Positions 23,601-35,600 of a stretch of 64,000 nucleotides of DNA are shown in pieces. The notes below the pieces were generated by a model. The model made no database searches. It had not been told where the DNA came from and saw only the letters and a list, made by a program, of their open reading frames with translations. Source of the stretch: Mantamonas sphyraenae STR306 (lineage: Eukaryota > Protista > CRuMs); NCBI GenBank assembly GCA_026936335.1, contig JAPMXV010000002.1, positions 248,001-312,000 of the forward strand, given 5' to 3'. Numbering within the stretch: the first letter of the stretch is position 1; every line of letters starts with the position of its first letter. The position numbers and the translations under genes were made by a program.

Positions 23601-26600
23601 ATCGCGTGCAATGACGCCGATGGATGTTTGCGCGAAAAGTTGGGCACTTCCAGCAAGCTGTACCACGCAGCCCGATACAACTTGGAGTCGCGTGTGTGGC
23701 AGCCCATTGGGCAACCGACTGTGTTTGGCCTGAGCATCTTCAGTGTGGCCATGCAGAGCGGCAAGATGTTCTTTGGCACAAACCAGGGTCTGTTTATGAT
23801 CCCCATGGACAACTTGCAGGCTCAGTTTGAGCGTGTCGCTTGTATCTCGCAGTCCATCAACGCCCTGGTGGCACATGACGGCGGTATCTACATCGGTGGC
23901 ACATTCAGCTACCTTGGCGACAAGCCGACAGACATCTTGGCGTTCTACAACGTCACTGAGGACAAGCTCGTCACCGGCTTTGCCGACGATGTTCACCGCG
24001 AGGGTCTTCTCTCCTCTGTTCAGCAGATGATGATTGATGCAAAGACGGGCAAGCTGATTGTGCGCTCGGTCAACCAATTTGCTTCGGTGGACCCTGGCAA
24101 CAACCATGCGGTGTCCATTCTGTCGAACCTGGATGTCGGCGGAATGACCATTTCGGGTTGGTCCTATGCAGGCGGTCGTCACTATGTGATGGGCGACGGC
24201 GACCTGAACCGCAAGACCTTGAACCGCGTTGCCATCACGAACCCGATCTCCGGTCAGTTTGTGCCCGTGGAGAACGGCACCAACTCGGGTGTGTACGCAT
24301 CGCTGCGTGTGGGCAACTCCATCTTCCTCGGTGGCGCGTTTACCGTGGCCGGCACGGTGTTCAACTCTGACCGCTTCGTGCGCGTGAACCTGGCTACCAT
24401 GAAGTTTGAGGCTGCGTATGACGGCAGCAACGGCAACGGGCTGCCCAACTCGGTGTGGAGCATGATTGAGCACAACGGCATGGTGTACCTTGGCGGTGAC
24501 TTTGGCGAGAATGTTCAGGGCAGGATTTCTGGATACGTGACCAAGTACGATCCCAGCACCGAGCGCATGATGCCCTTGACCACGAGCGCGTCAGTCACCA
24601 ACGGTGGACGTGTGTACGCACTGGCCTGGTACAACAACCGCCTCTACATCGGTGGCACCTTCACCAGCAACATTGGTCGCTTGACCCACAACGGCTTGGG
24701 TGAGTTCAGCTCGAGCAGCCCCAGCTTCAAGTCGTACGGTCTGTACAGCGGTGCCACGGTGTACTCTGTGGCCACCCATCCGACAAACAGCGACATCGTG
24801 TACGTGGGCGGCACCTTCAACGTGCCCGGTAGCAGCTCGACCAATCTGGCCAAGTACAGCCGCAGCACGCGCGTGTTCACGCCGCTGCTGCACCCGGACA
24901 CCGACGGTCTGGTCCGCTCTGTGATGGCCATGTCCAACGGTGACCTGTACATCGCTGGATCCTTCTCGCAAATTGTGAGCCTGGACTACATGTACGTGTC
25001 GACCGGCCTGGTGACACGCTACGTGGCTGCCACCAACAGCTTCGTGGACGTCACGGGACAACCGAGCAACTCGACGTGGTACTCTGGTCAGGGCTACGGT
25101 GCAGTCAGCAGTGGAACGTACACTTGCGCCTATGGCTCCATCTCGCACGACACACCCCGCACGGGTGCAGTTGCACGCTGGAGCTCTGCCACCAAGGAAT
25201 TCACCGCCTCTCTGCGTGGCGTGGCCAACGGTTTGGGCTCCACCGTGTACACTGTGTTTGGCACCGTGAACGGTGTGGCCGCAGGCGGCACCTTTAGTGC
25301 CCCTGAAGGCGTGGGCATGAAGGCCGGCCTTGGAGGACGCATTAGCATCTTCAACGGCACCTCGTGGGATACACCGGCCGAGAAACGCCGTGCTTTCACA
25401 AACACTGTGTTCTCTTCCATTCCGTACGGTGGTGCTGCCCTTGTGGGCGGAGGTTTCCAGACGGGCTATGCTCTGAACGGCATTGTGGAACTGCTGGACG
25501 GCTTCGATGCCAAGAGCCTGGGTTGCAACAACTTCAACTCCATCCTGGCCATCGAGCGCAATGGAACGGACCTGTATCTGGGCATGGACGGCACATCGTT
25601 TGGCCACGAGCGCTATGGCTCTGTGCTGCGCTACAACTTGGACACACGCGAAACCAAGAGCGTGTCGACGACGGGCGAGGACTACCTGCAGAACTCGGTG
25701 AACGCACTGCTGGTCAAGGGCAAGTACCTGTACATCGGCGGTAGCATGTCTGGACTCAGCACCGATGGCGACTTTGTGCGCTTTGTCGATTACGACCCGG
25801 CCACGGAGAAGTTTTCGCCGCTGCGACTGACCAACGTCATCGGCAACACCATTTTCGCGATGCACGAACGCACCGCCGAAGAGGTTGTGCTTCTGGGTGC
25901 GTTCTCATTCACCCTGCGCAGCCAGAACGTGCGATACGCAGTGTTGTACAACCCTGTGACGCGTCTGCTGTCGCCCATGGACTCGGGCGCGAACGATCAA
26001 CTCCCCAATGTTGCCTACTCTGCTACCGAGTGTGGTGGCTCTCTTTACGTGGGTGTCAGCGGTGGAGTGTACGAGTGGACCAACTCTCCCAACACTGGCT
26101 TCGTCTTTGTGGAGGGGTCGCCTACAGGCGTTGTCAACGCACTGATGTGTCACAACGGCATTCTGTGGGCTGGTTTGACGTCGTCGCCGTACTTGTACAA
26201 GTACAACTCGACGGCAAGCACCCCCTGGACGAATGGGTTTGGGTTTGCACAGAACCCAACTGCCAACGTCAACCCGAACTCGAGGATCAACACCTTCACC
26301 ATGATCAGCAACGACGTCATGTTCGTGGGTGGCGCCTTTTCCTCTCCGTACCGCTACGCTATGATGTTTGACATGAAGCGTGAGGTGTACATGCCGCTGA
26401 ACGGTGCTTATCTGACCGGCGAGGTGTTTGCGGCCCACAAGCGTGGCAACATGTTGTACCTGGGTCTGACCAACTCTGTGGTGGGCACACGCTCGTCGTA
26501 CGAGTCACACATTGTGCAGGTGGATCTGACGACGTACGAGTGGATGGCCATGGACAATGGTCTGAACTCGGACGTGCGTGCCATCACAAGCGACGCAAAC

Positions 26601-27737
26601 TACCTGTACGTGGGTGGTTCGTTCTCTGCGCACGGCGCTTTCACGCAGTCGAACCGTCTGCCGCTGCAGTACACTGCCAAGTACTCGTTCGCCACCAAGA
26701 TGTGGCTGCCGATGAGCCGTGCGCGCCTGGGAAGCACTGTGTATGCCATGCACGTGGCCCAGAACGGCAAGGTGCTGGTCGGAGGTCAGTTCAGCAACCT
26801 GGTCACCCAATCTGAGGGCTACCAAGGTCTGACTCGCTACAACGCTGAGACGGATCGCCTGGAGCCGCTGACTCTGTCGCTCAGCAACGACTTCCCGACT
26901 ACGGTGGAGCTGTTGCGCGACATGGGTGACTTTATGCTTGTGGGTGGCACCTTTACCAACGTGCTTGGTGTTTCTGCCTACGACCGTGCAGTGCGTGTGT
27001 ACTACGGTGACCATTCGATCCAGGCCATTGCCAACGTCGGGTCGTCCGTGTACGACGCCACCGTTTTGGACGGCAAGATGTACGTGGCGGGTGCTTTCAG
27101 CTCAAGCGTGGGCACTCTGGAGACTCGCAACGGGCAGGTGCGTCTGAGCACGCTGGAGGAGCAGTTTAGCGGTAAGGCAGGCCTCAATGGTCAGGTGCGC
27201 TCGATCAAGGGCATGGCACAGTGCCAGCCGTTTAGCGCTGTGGTGTCCAACGGCTTCTGCTCGGACACGGTGACGTGGCAGGTGGGCATGGTGTCCGGTG
27301 CGGACTACGGTGCGCTGGACAACGAGGCCAAGAGCCGCTTTGACAAGCGCAACAACAAGACGAGCGGCGACTGCGACAAGGCCATGAAGCTGTACGCGTG
27401 TGCATCGGTGTTCCCTGGCTGCCACGGCGAGACCGGAGCCGTGCCTGTGTGTCGCCAGACATGCGAGCAGGCCACCAACCTGTGCAACAACGAGTTTGCA
27501 TGCTCGGCCTTGCCATTGAACGACTGCTACCCGCAGACGCCTGTGCCCGCACGTGTGAAGCCGCCCGCGAACCCGTTCCTTGGCCTGACCGCTGGTGAGA
27601 TTGCCGGCATTGTGATCGGCAGTGTGCTCTTCTTGGGTGCTGTCGGCGCCGGTGTCATGTACTGGAAGAACCCCGCCTTCAAGTTGTGGGTGGACGGCAA
27701 GGTTGCCACCGCCAAGACCAAGCTGAACCGTGCCTAA
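17622..27737 (+). CDS. Giant type-I membrane protein B (~3,220 aa), paralog of A: signal peptide, Rax2-like propeller repeats, two Frizzled-type CRDs, TM, short tail; exons 17622-18039, 18372-18479, 18596-27737; four apparent indels (~20778, ~21498, ~22258, ~23268)
   Basis: Signal peptide MTTPRSTALLLALCCIIASTIAA. Introns 18040-18371 (GTAAGT...CACAG) and 18480-18595 (GTACGT...CTAAC...CACAG) are in frame. Successive ORFs 18598, 20802, 21377, 22264 and 23406 are collinear with protein A. CRDs at ~21492-21802 and ~27221-27527; TM ~27582-27665. Confidence 0.85.
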
Positions 27738-27874
27738 GTCTGTGTGTGGAGACAATGTGGAAATGATGGAGGACAGAAGAGGGGCTTGAGATCCAGCACA
27801 ACAAACGCCGTTGATTTCGCCCCCCACACACACAATGTAGTGCAAAGCGGGTCCCAACCCTGCGGCGAGCGTGA

Positions 27875-28924
27875 TCAAAGGACTTTCTTGAGCCCTGCAG
27901 TGGCCTGTTGATGGTAATCCTCGTCCTCTTCGGTGTTGTTGGGCAACTTCATGGCACTGTCGTACCACTTGCGTGCGTTGTCCTTGTCGCCAAGGAGCTC
28001 GTAGCACTTGGCAATCATCACCTGGTTGGCCTTGTACGATCCTGGGTCCTTGGACTCGGAGGCAAGAAAGTGCTTCAGGGCCTCGTCGTAGGTGGAAGTG
28101 GGCGGTTTGGCAAACAGCGTCTCGGCAACCTTGAGCTCCAGCCAGGAGAGTTTGGCGACCTCGAAGCACCACATGCCGATGAGGTGTTCCGGGGTGGCGT
28201 CGTCGTCCGGTCCGAGCTCGGCGCTCTTTTCAAAGGCGGCGCGCACGTTGTAGGATTGCTGGATGGTTGCCTTGGTGCCCTTTGTGCCGCTGAACTTGCT
28301 GAGGGTGATTCCCAGCCACATCTGCACCTTGTAGTTGTCCGGTGCGAGCTGGAGGGCGCTCTTGATGGTGCGATAGGCAGTTTCCAGGTACTCGAGTCCC
28401 TGCTCCTTCGGGGTACTCTTGAGCTTGAACATCTCGTAGTAGGCGCGAGAGAGACGCCACATGACGTCGGGCTGCTCCGGGTAGTCGCGGTTGAGCTGCT
28501 GCATGACCTCAAGCAGTTCCTTGCGCGTGTGAGTGCCACTTTCGTTGTCGTAGATGGCGTCGGCCCTGGCGAGGTCCTTGGCGGAGGGCTGGGCGTCGGC
28601 AAAGGCAACACTGCCTCCGAAGAGGGAAACGGCGGTGACGACGGCGGCTGCACGGGCTCCTGCACGAGACCAGGCACTGCCATGGACGCCGTGCGAGGAG
28701 GCAAGCTCACGCAGGACAGCGAGACCGGCTCGACTGGAGCTGGTGGTGGCCGAGGAGAAGAGGCGGCGGGTGGTGGACGAGGCAGCGACGTGTCGACTTG
28801 TCCACGCCGCCGAAGTAGTTTGCGTGGAGCCCACAACGGTGGTGAGGGCATGGCGGGTGGACGACGAGCTCGCAGCACGAGCCACAGGCTGCTTGGCGGC
28901 CTTGATGGAACGACGCACAAACAT
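27875..28924 (-). CDS. RMDN1: Regulator of microtubule dynamics (RMDN/FAM82) TPR-like protein with mitochondrial-type N-terminal presequence, 349 aa
   Basis: DVMWRLSRAYY, HLIGMWCFEVAKLSWLELKVAETLFAKPPTSTYDEALKHFL and YKANQVMIAKCY match the RMDN family. The N-terminus is R/S/A/T-rich and nearly free of acidic residues. Confidence 0.88.
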   Translation of the reverse strand: MFVRRSIKAAKQPVARAASSSSTRHALTTVVGSTQTTSAAWTSRHVAASSTTRRLFSSATTSSSRAGLAVLRELASSHGVHGSAWSRAGARAAAVVTAVSLFGGSVAFADAQPSAKDLARADAIYDNESGTHTRKELLEVMQQLNRDYPEQPDVMWRLSRAYYEMFKLKSTPKEQGLEYLETAYRTIKSALQLAPDNYKVQMWLGITLSKFSGTKGTKATIQQSYNVRAAFEKSAELGPDDDATPEHLIGMWCFEVAKLSWLELKVAETLFAKPPTSTYDEALKHFLASESKDPGSYKANQVMIAKCYELLGDKDNARKWYDSAMKLPNNTEEDEDYHQQATAGLKKVL

Positions 28925-29143
28925 GGAAGTGTGGTGGGTGGTTGGAAGGGGTTGCTGCGGGGATTGCGGGTTTGGGTGGCCAGCCAAGCGGGAGGAATGC
29001 AAAAGAGGATGAGATTGAGGGCAGAGGATGACGGGTTGGATGGCGCGCGCGGGCGGGGTGGATGGTGGATGGTGGATGGAGAAAGAGAGGGATGGGAGGA
29101 CGCAGGAAGGTGGGGCGCAGGTGGAGCCAAGAAGAAGGCCGTC

Positions 29144-29893
29144 ATGGAGTTCACCGGCAGCTCGTTCGATGGCGAGCGGGTACAAGGAAGGTAGGGGGTT
29201 GGAATGGAGAGCAGCAAAGTGTGTGTGAGTGCAAGGGAGTGGACAGAGCGTGGGACTGACCATGCACGGGTGGGTAACCAGGATGGAAGGGAAGGGCAAG
29301 TACACACTGGCAAACGGCACCGTGTTTGTCGGGGAGATGCTGGACGGCATGTTCCACGGAAAGGGCACATTGTACTTTCCCGAGAAGGGCAAGTACGAGG
29401 CCACGTGGGAGTACGGCGTGGAGGTGGAGGTAAGTACGCCGTTTTGGCCCAGGAGCCAAGAGACCGTTTGGCAAGCGTGGTTTCCATGCGGATTTGCACA
29501 GCGCACACGGGTCACACACGCTCACACACGCATGAACGTGTGCCACACACCACATGTGGACGCATGCGTGCACAGGGCAAGTACACATTTGCAGATGGCC
29601 TGGAGTATGAGGAGGAAGATTGGGGATACTGCAACGGCAACGATCGTCGTTTCTACACAGAACAGCTGCAGGGATTGCAGCCAGCGGGGTTTTCGCAACT
29701 GTCGAACCGCACGCCTGCGCCCACTATTCCAGAGGGCTGCTACGACACAGCCGATGGGTACTACGACCCGACGGACGGGTTTGTTCACGAGTACAGCGGC
29801 AAGGTGCTGCGCAACCCGGAGCATGCCGAGATCGAACACATCAAGCAAGGGGACTTTCGCATCGGACAGGATGAGGAGGAGCAGGAGCTTTGA
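29144..29893 (+). CDS. MORN5: MORN repeat-containing protein 5; exons 29144-29190, 29282-29429, 29576-29893
   Basis: Spliced product MEFTGSSFDGERVQGRMEGKGKY...GEMLDGMFHGKGTLYFP...GKYTFADGL...YCNGNDRRFYTE...PAGFSQL...CYDTADGYY is MORN5-like along its whole length. Both introns are GT-AG and in frame. Confidence 0.93.
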
Positions 29894-29993
29894 GCGGGAA
29901 ACAAAGTGAGAGAAGTTGGTGGACCGGAAATGAAAAAGTGGTTGTTGCCCAGCCCATCGACCATGATCGACGGATGGGTGGTTTGCCGCACGC

Positions 29994-31299
29994 TCAGCTG
30001 TACATCTTGATGAGCTCGTCGCTGACTGCAGACGGGGTCAGGACGCCGAGGTCTGTAAAGAGGAGATCGATGTACTCGGGCGGGGTGTAGTCAAACAGCG
30101 GGGTGATGCTCTCGACAGAGGTGACGGATTCGTCGGCAAAGGGCTCGGTACTAAAGTTGGAGTCGGGCAGGTCGCGCAGGGTGAGTGGGAAGCGACGGGC
30201 AAACTTGAAGCTCTCTGCAGCGACGTAGAAGGGCTTCTTCAGGACGCGTGCAACCATGGCGGTGGTGCACGTGCCCACCGTGTTGATGACACCACCGCTC
30301 TCGACTACGCCTTCTGCGCCCACCACCACAATGTCCACACTCTCCATGGTGATGGCCACGCTTGCGTCGACAATGAGGGTTACCGGGATGCCGAGCTCCT
30401 GCACAGCCTCTGCCATGGCGTATCTGTGAGTGTTGGTGAGGATGGGCGGGTGTGAGCGAGGACATCGGTGGGGTGGTGAGGCGTCTCCATCCTGTCTGAT
30501 GCTTCGGTGACCTCCAACAAGTGTGTGGCAAGGCGAAAAAGGGGCGGTGCATGGCCGGATCCGGTGCGCGCACTCTCACGGCGCAACAGTGCAACAACAC
30601 GCAGTGGCAAGGGCGTGGGCAGGGGTGGATGAGAATAGAGAGAGAGGGGGGAAAGTGCAGGGTGGAGGAAGGAAAAGCAGCAGGCGAGGGGCGAGGAACT
30701 GACCCGCTGTTGTCGGGCCGAGCTTCGCTGACAAACACCTCAAAGTTTGTCTTTTTGGCGGCCTCCTTGAAGAGGGCGAGGACGACGGAGGAGTAGCCGT
30801 GTGTGAGCACGACCATGTTGTCGCGCACAAACTTCTCGCCGTGGCTTGCAACGACGTCGCGCGTCAGGAGGGCGCTCTCGCTGAACTGCTCGCCACGCTC
30901 GATGAGGCGCTTCTTGCACATCTCAAAGTCGGGGATGTCGAGAGAGGTGCGAGTGACAAACTTAATAAACAACTCTGTGCCAGCCTCGACAGCAATCCAG
31001 TGCTCGCCAAAGTGGAGCTTGAGAGTGGCAGCTGCGGCCTTGATCTCCTTGTCCAGGCCCATCATGGTGCTCGCCTTGCTGCTGCGAATGACCAGAGCCA
31101 ACGCACGCATGGCCTTGGAAGCCACCGGCGTGTCGTCTTGGGCGTCTGCCACCCACTCGCTGAAGCTGTCCACCATTTCCTGGAAGTCCATGTTCACTGA
31201 TGCGCTCAGCGATTGCAGGTTTGCCGAGTCGCTGATCGACACAGACACAGCCATCTCCAGCGACGACGAGGCGTCTTCGTGCAAGAACGATGTCGACAT
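29994..31299 (-). CDS. EIF2B1: Translation initiation factor eIF2B subunit alpha; exons 31299-30704, 30423-29994
   Basis: VLTHGYSSVV, VFVSEARPDNSG|YAM, VVVGAEGVVESGGVINTVGT, KPFYVAAESFKFARRFPL, DYTPPEYIDLLFTDLGVLTPSAVSDELIKMY. Intron 30703-30424 GTCAGT...CTCACAG. Confidence 0.96.
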
Positions 31300-31419
31300 G
31301 GGTTGGTTGGTTGGTTGGGTGGGGGAGGGGGTGGGTGCATCGTGTCTTCCAACACAACACCGCACATGTCTGAACACGTCGCATTGCGTGTCAGAGGTGT
31401 TGAGCGGCGGGTGTCTGTG

Positions 31420-32586
31420 ATGGCCACCACACTCGTGTTGGTGGCATTGGTGCTGTGTGCACGTGTGCAGGCGCAACAGTGCGGGCCGGGAACACACTGG
31501 AACCCAAACACGGTGTCGTGTGTGGGCTGTCCAAAGGGGAAATACTCGGACACATCATCGAGTGCCACATCGTGTTCCCCGTGTGCAGCTGGGTCGGCTG
31601 CGAGCGATTTCAACCGAACGACGCCCTGTCCCTTGTGTGATCTGGGCACGTTTGCAAGCCACCCCGGGGCGTCTGCGTGCTCGCTTTGTGGGTAAGTTGG
31701 GGATCGACGACCAGTGGCAAATGGGCAGGGGGAATGGAATGGGAAAGGCGCTTGACGGTTGCACGCAGAATTGCGCGGGAACCCGGGGGGGATGGGGACG
31801 GTGTGGCAACTGACGCCGAAAACGTTCCGGGTGCGATCTTCCCTCGGGACGGACACACACAGCGCTGGGTACGTGGCGACGTCCATGGGACACACGTCGT
31901 GTACGCTTTGCCAGGCGGGCACCGTGTCGACGATTCTGCACGAGTCGTGTGATCGATGCCAAATGGGCCAGTATGCGCCCGCCGGTCGCTCGACTTGCCT
32001 TTCCTGTGAACCCGGGTCGTACAGTGGGCAAGTGGGGCAAGGAGCCTGCACAGCCTGCCCCAAGGGCACATTCAATCCAGAGTACATGCGCAGTGCATGT
32101 TTCCATTGCGTCGAGGGCAAGAGCAGCCCTGTAGGGGCGGTGAACGCGACGCAGTGCAGCGCCGCTTCCGCAGGGCAGGGCGACGGTACGCCTGCTGTTC
32201 GCAATCCAAACGAGGAGCTGGAGGTGGCGCTGGCCCTGACCTTTACATTTATCGGCATCAGTGCATTCTACCTGTGGTTCATTCGACGCAAGGACTCGCG
32301 GGTACGGCGCATCGTCACTGAACGCTGGGCACGACGCAAGGCTGCTCGGGAGGAGGCCACGCAGCAGAGAGCACTCATTGGCAGCCGGGACGGGGAGGAC
32401 GAGGAGGACGAGGAGATCGAGGATGGGGACGCGGGAAGCGGCGTCGGCAAGCATCGTCGTGGTTTGGACGTTGCCGACATGGCCGGCAGGACTGACAGTC
32501 TGCGGCCCAACTCGGATCACAGTGGCACAAGGGAGGTGCATGACACGGAGATGGGGCAAGACACGGCGACAGTGACACGTGTGTGA
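31420..32586 (+). CDS. Type-I membrane protein with GCC2/GCC3 (ephrin-receptor-like) cysteine-rich repeats; exons 31420-31691, 31863-32586
   Basis: Signal peptide MATTLVLVALVLCARVQA; repeated CxxCxxGxY/F units; TM VALALTFTFIGISAFYLWFI followed by RRK; acidic cytoplasmic tail. Intron 31692-31862 GTAAGT...CTGAC...CACACAG is in frame. Confidence 0.85.
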
Positions 32587-32642
32587 TTACTATGAAGCAG
32601 AATGAAGCAGCATTTTTCGACTCCTCTTGCTCCACTCCTCTT

Positions 32643-35600
32643 TCAATCATCCTCCTCTTCGTCGTCTTCCTCATCCTGCGGCCGCTGCTGCTGTTGGGGC
32701 TTACGGAGCAAATCGACAAACAGGTCGTGTGAAGCGCCGCGTCCCATGAGCTCGACAACGGTGCGCAGATTGGCCACGTCCGCGTCTCCTGTGGACGAGC
32801 CTGCTGCTGCACGCGGTGACGACGTGCCGCGCATGCCCACCATGGCCTGGACAGTGTCACTGACCACGGCGCTGTCGGACTGGCGATCACCCGCGTGCAC
32901 CTCCCAGTTGCTGGCGCGTGCAGCAACGCGCCAGTGAAACAGCACGTTGGCCATGAGGCGTTGTGTGTAATGGGCGCGTGCGTCCTCGATCCGCGCATCC
33001 ACTGCCTTTTTGCGTCGCACCAGCCTGCGCCAGCGACGAAAGATGATGCTGACCTTGCGCACCTGTCGCCTGCGGCTCATGCGTTCCACAGCGTGTCGCT
33101 TGCGCGCCAAAGCCAGCCAGCGAGAGAACACATCGCCGAGGATACGTGTGTGTCGCCGATCCATGAGCGCACGCACGTCGGGACGTGCCAGCTTGCCGTC
33201 GTCCAGGGCCACGAGGGCACGTCGCCATCGTGTCAGATACCGCAGGGTGACAAACTCCTGGTGACGCAGGGCAATGGCCATCATGGCCTGTGCACGCCAT
33301 TGCGTCTGGGTCAGCGTATACGCAAACCAGACCCCAAACAGCTCCGATGCCATAGCCACGGTTGTGCGCATGCTCCGCTCGCGCACAACTCGGCGTGCAT
33401 ACGCACCACGACGCCATGTGGCCATCACACGACGGCGCATTCTGGCTTGCCTGGCACGGTTGATGCGTGCCTGCGCTACTGCCATGCGCATGGAGCCCCA
33501 GGCGCGTGCGAGGACGCCCTGTTGCCAGTGGGCCAGCGCACGTCGCTGTTCACGTGCCAGGCGCACACGTGAGTGCCACGCCCTCAGAGTGGCACCCACC
33601 AATGCTGTGGCATGGCTACGTTGCGCACGACGACCCATGGCTCCCGCCCACCACGCGGCCAGCCACACGCGCGCACGTCGCACACGCCATTCGCGTGCCA
33701 ACGATTCGTCATGCTTGTGTTGCTTGCCTTTCACCGACGCATACGCATGCCACTGCGCCAACGCCTGTGTGACCTGCGCCTGTGTGTGCTGTGCTGCCAA
33801 GGCCTGTGCTTGTGCGCGTCCCCGTCGCACACGTTGCGTGTGTGCGTGCCACGCAGCTACGCACAGCGCTGCGCGTCCCTGTGTGTGTGTTTGACACAAG
33901 GCATCGGCTAGCGCACGGTCGTGATGAGCCTTGTGCACACGGCGCACCCACACATCCAACACATCCGCGGCGATGCGTCGGCTGCGCAGACGTGTCAGCC
34001 ACAGAGCACGCCAATGCACAAGGACATTCGTGGCTACACGTCTTGCCCATGCGCTGTCGCCACGTGCATTGGCCACCCGTTCCGTATGTGCTTCTGCATA
34101 CGCCGCACGCACGGCATCCCATGTGCCTTGCAGCACGCGGCGTCGATCGTGCGAGTCTGCGCTGTGCTTCTGTGCGCGTTTGCGCTTGCGCAAGCGTGCG
34201 TACCGTGCCAACACGCCCAGGGTTCGGCGCAAGCGGATGCGGTGCAAAAACACGTCCGCGAGCCGTTCTCCACGCCGCTGGAGCACAGACGTGTTCTTCC
34301 ACGCCACAAACACCGCGTGTTGCAGTGCCATGTTTTGTCGTCGCACGTGCAACGCCAACAGCATTTGCGTCTCTCGCTTGCGCAGCATCTCGCGTCGGTA
34401 TGTGCGCGCTTGCTGCACGTGCGTGTGCCACCCGCGCAGAGTGCGTCGTTGCAACCCCTCGGCGCTGTGCACCCGAAAGTGTGCCACCAGCGCTCGTTGG
34501 TGTTTCTGCACGGCTGTATACCAGCTCCAACCGCGCATGGCTCGTCGCTGTGACTGCTTGCGTCCGAGGAGCTTTGCACGCGTGTACTGTGCCATCCGTG
34601 CACCACTCGCCACGCCGTACGCACACGCCACGATTCCTCCACCCGCTTGCGTCGTCGTCCACGATCTGCTTGCTGTGCTGCCACCGCGTGCCAATGGCCC
34701 AGCCAGTAGCGACCTGTGCTGCGTGCGTGCAAACCCATCGCGGTGCGCATGATGTTGCGCACACGCACTCCTCGCAGCCACACGCCCAGCCACGTACGCG
34801 TCGTTGCCAGCTCCCATTGCTTGTTGCACGTCCCTTTGCCTGTGCCTTGGTTCGTCGCACAGCCACGTACGCAACCCACTCCCTCACCGCGTGTTCCTGG
34901 AGCACATGTTCGTGCCGTGCCACGGCGTGCTCCCACCGTGCATCTTGCACGTGTGCATCCCATGCACGCCAGCTTCGTGCCACCAGCATGTGGTGCCAGA
35001 CGCCGACTGCTCTGGCCAGCCGTTTGCGCGTCGCCACACTTGCTCCCCATTCGCGCCACACACGCGCCATGCGCAATCTGCGATGGGTTTCCAGCAGCCC
35101 TGCGTCGTGTGCATGCTTTTGCCCTCGCTTGGATGTGTAGCCTCGCCACGCGTGCCACGCCTCATCCACTCTGCGGCCTGCAAGCAATCCGGCGTACTTG
35201 GCAACCAATGCACGGTTGCGTGTGCGCCACGTCACAGCGTCCACCCACATCTGCCACGCGTTGTCGGCCGTCTCGCGCTTCCGTGCAGCCTTGGCCGTCT
35301 CCAGGCGCCTGCGCAAATCGGCCTTGTACGCAGCAAACTGTTGCCATGCGTCCATGCACGCAGTCAACGTACGATGCATGAGCTTGTTCAGCGAGGCTTG
35401 CACCAGACGCCTGTCATGTGCCTGCTTCGCCGCCACCGTTGCCCACGCCCCGAATAGGCTGCGCATCCACAGCATGCGCTTTGTGCGCACGTGTCGCGTA
35501 GCCTCCGCCTCAAACTCCAACGCCTGCTGCCACAGGGCCACCCACGAGCGAAATGCGCCCGCTGTGCGTCGGTGGTAGATCAAGCGGCTCACACGCTCCA

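Noticed and set aside
6022-27737. Bacterial contamination or recent HGT of giant repeat adhesins
   Set aside because: Both genes carry spliceosomal introns and eukaryote-type CRDs and share the flanking composition. An ancient bacterial origin of the blades is not excluded.
33709-34820. C-terminal ~370 aa of the listed 3312-aa ORF
   Set aside because: It is out of frame after the indel at ~34823. The Sfi1 repeat pattern continues in ORFs 34034 and 32643.
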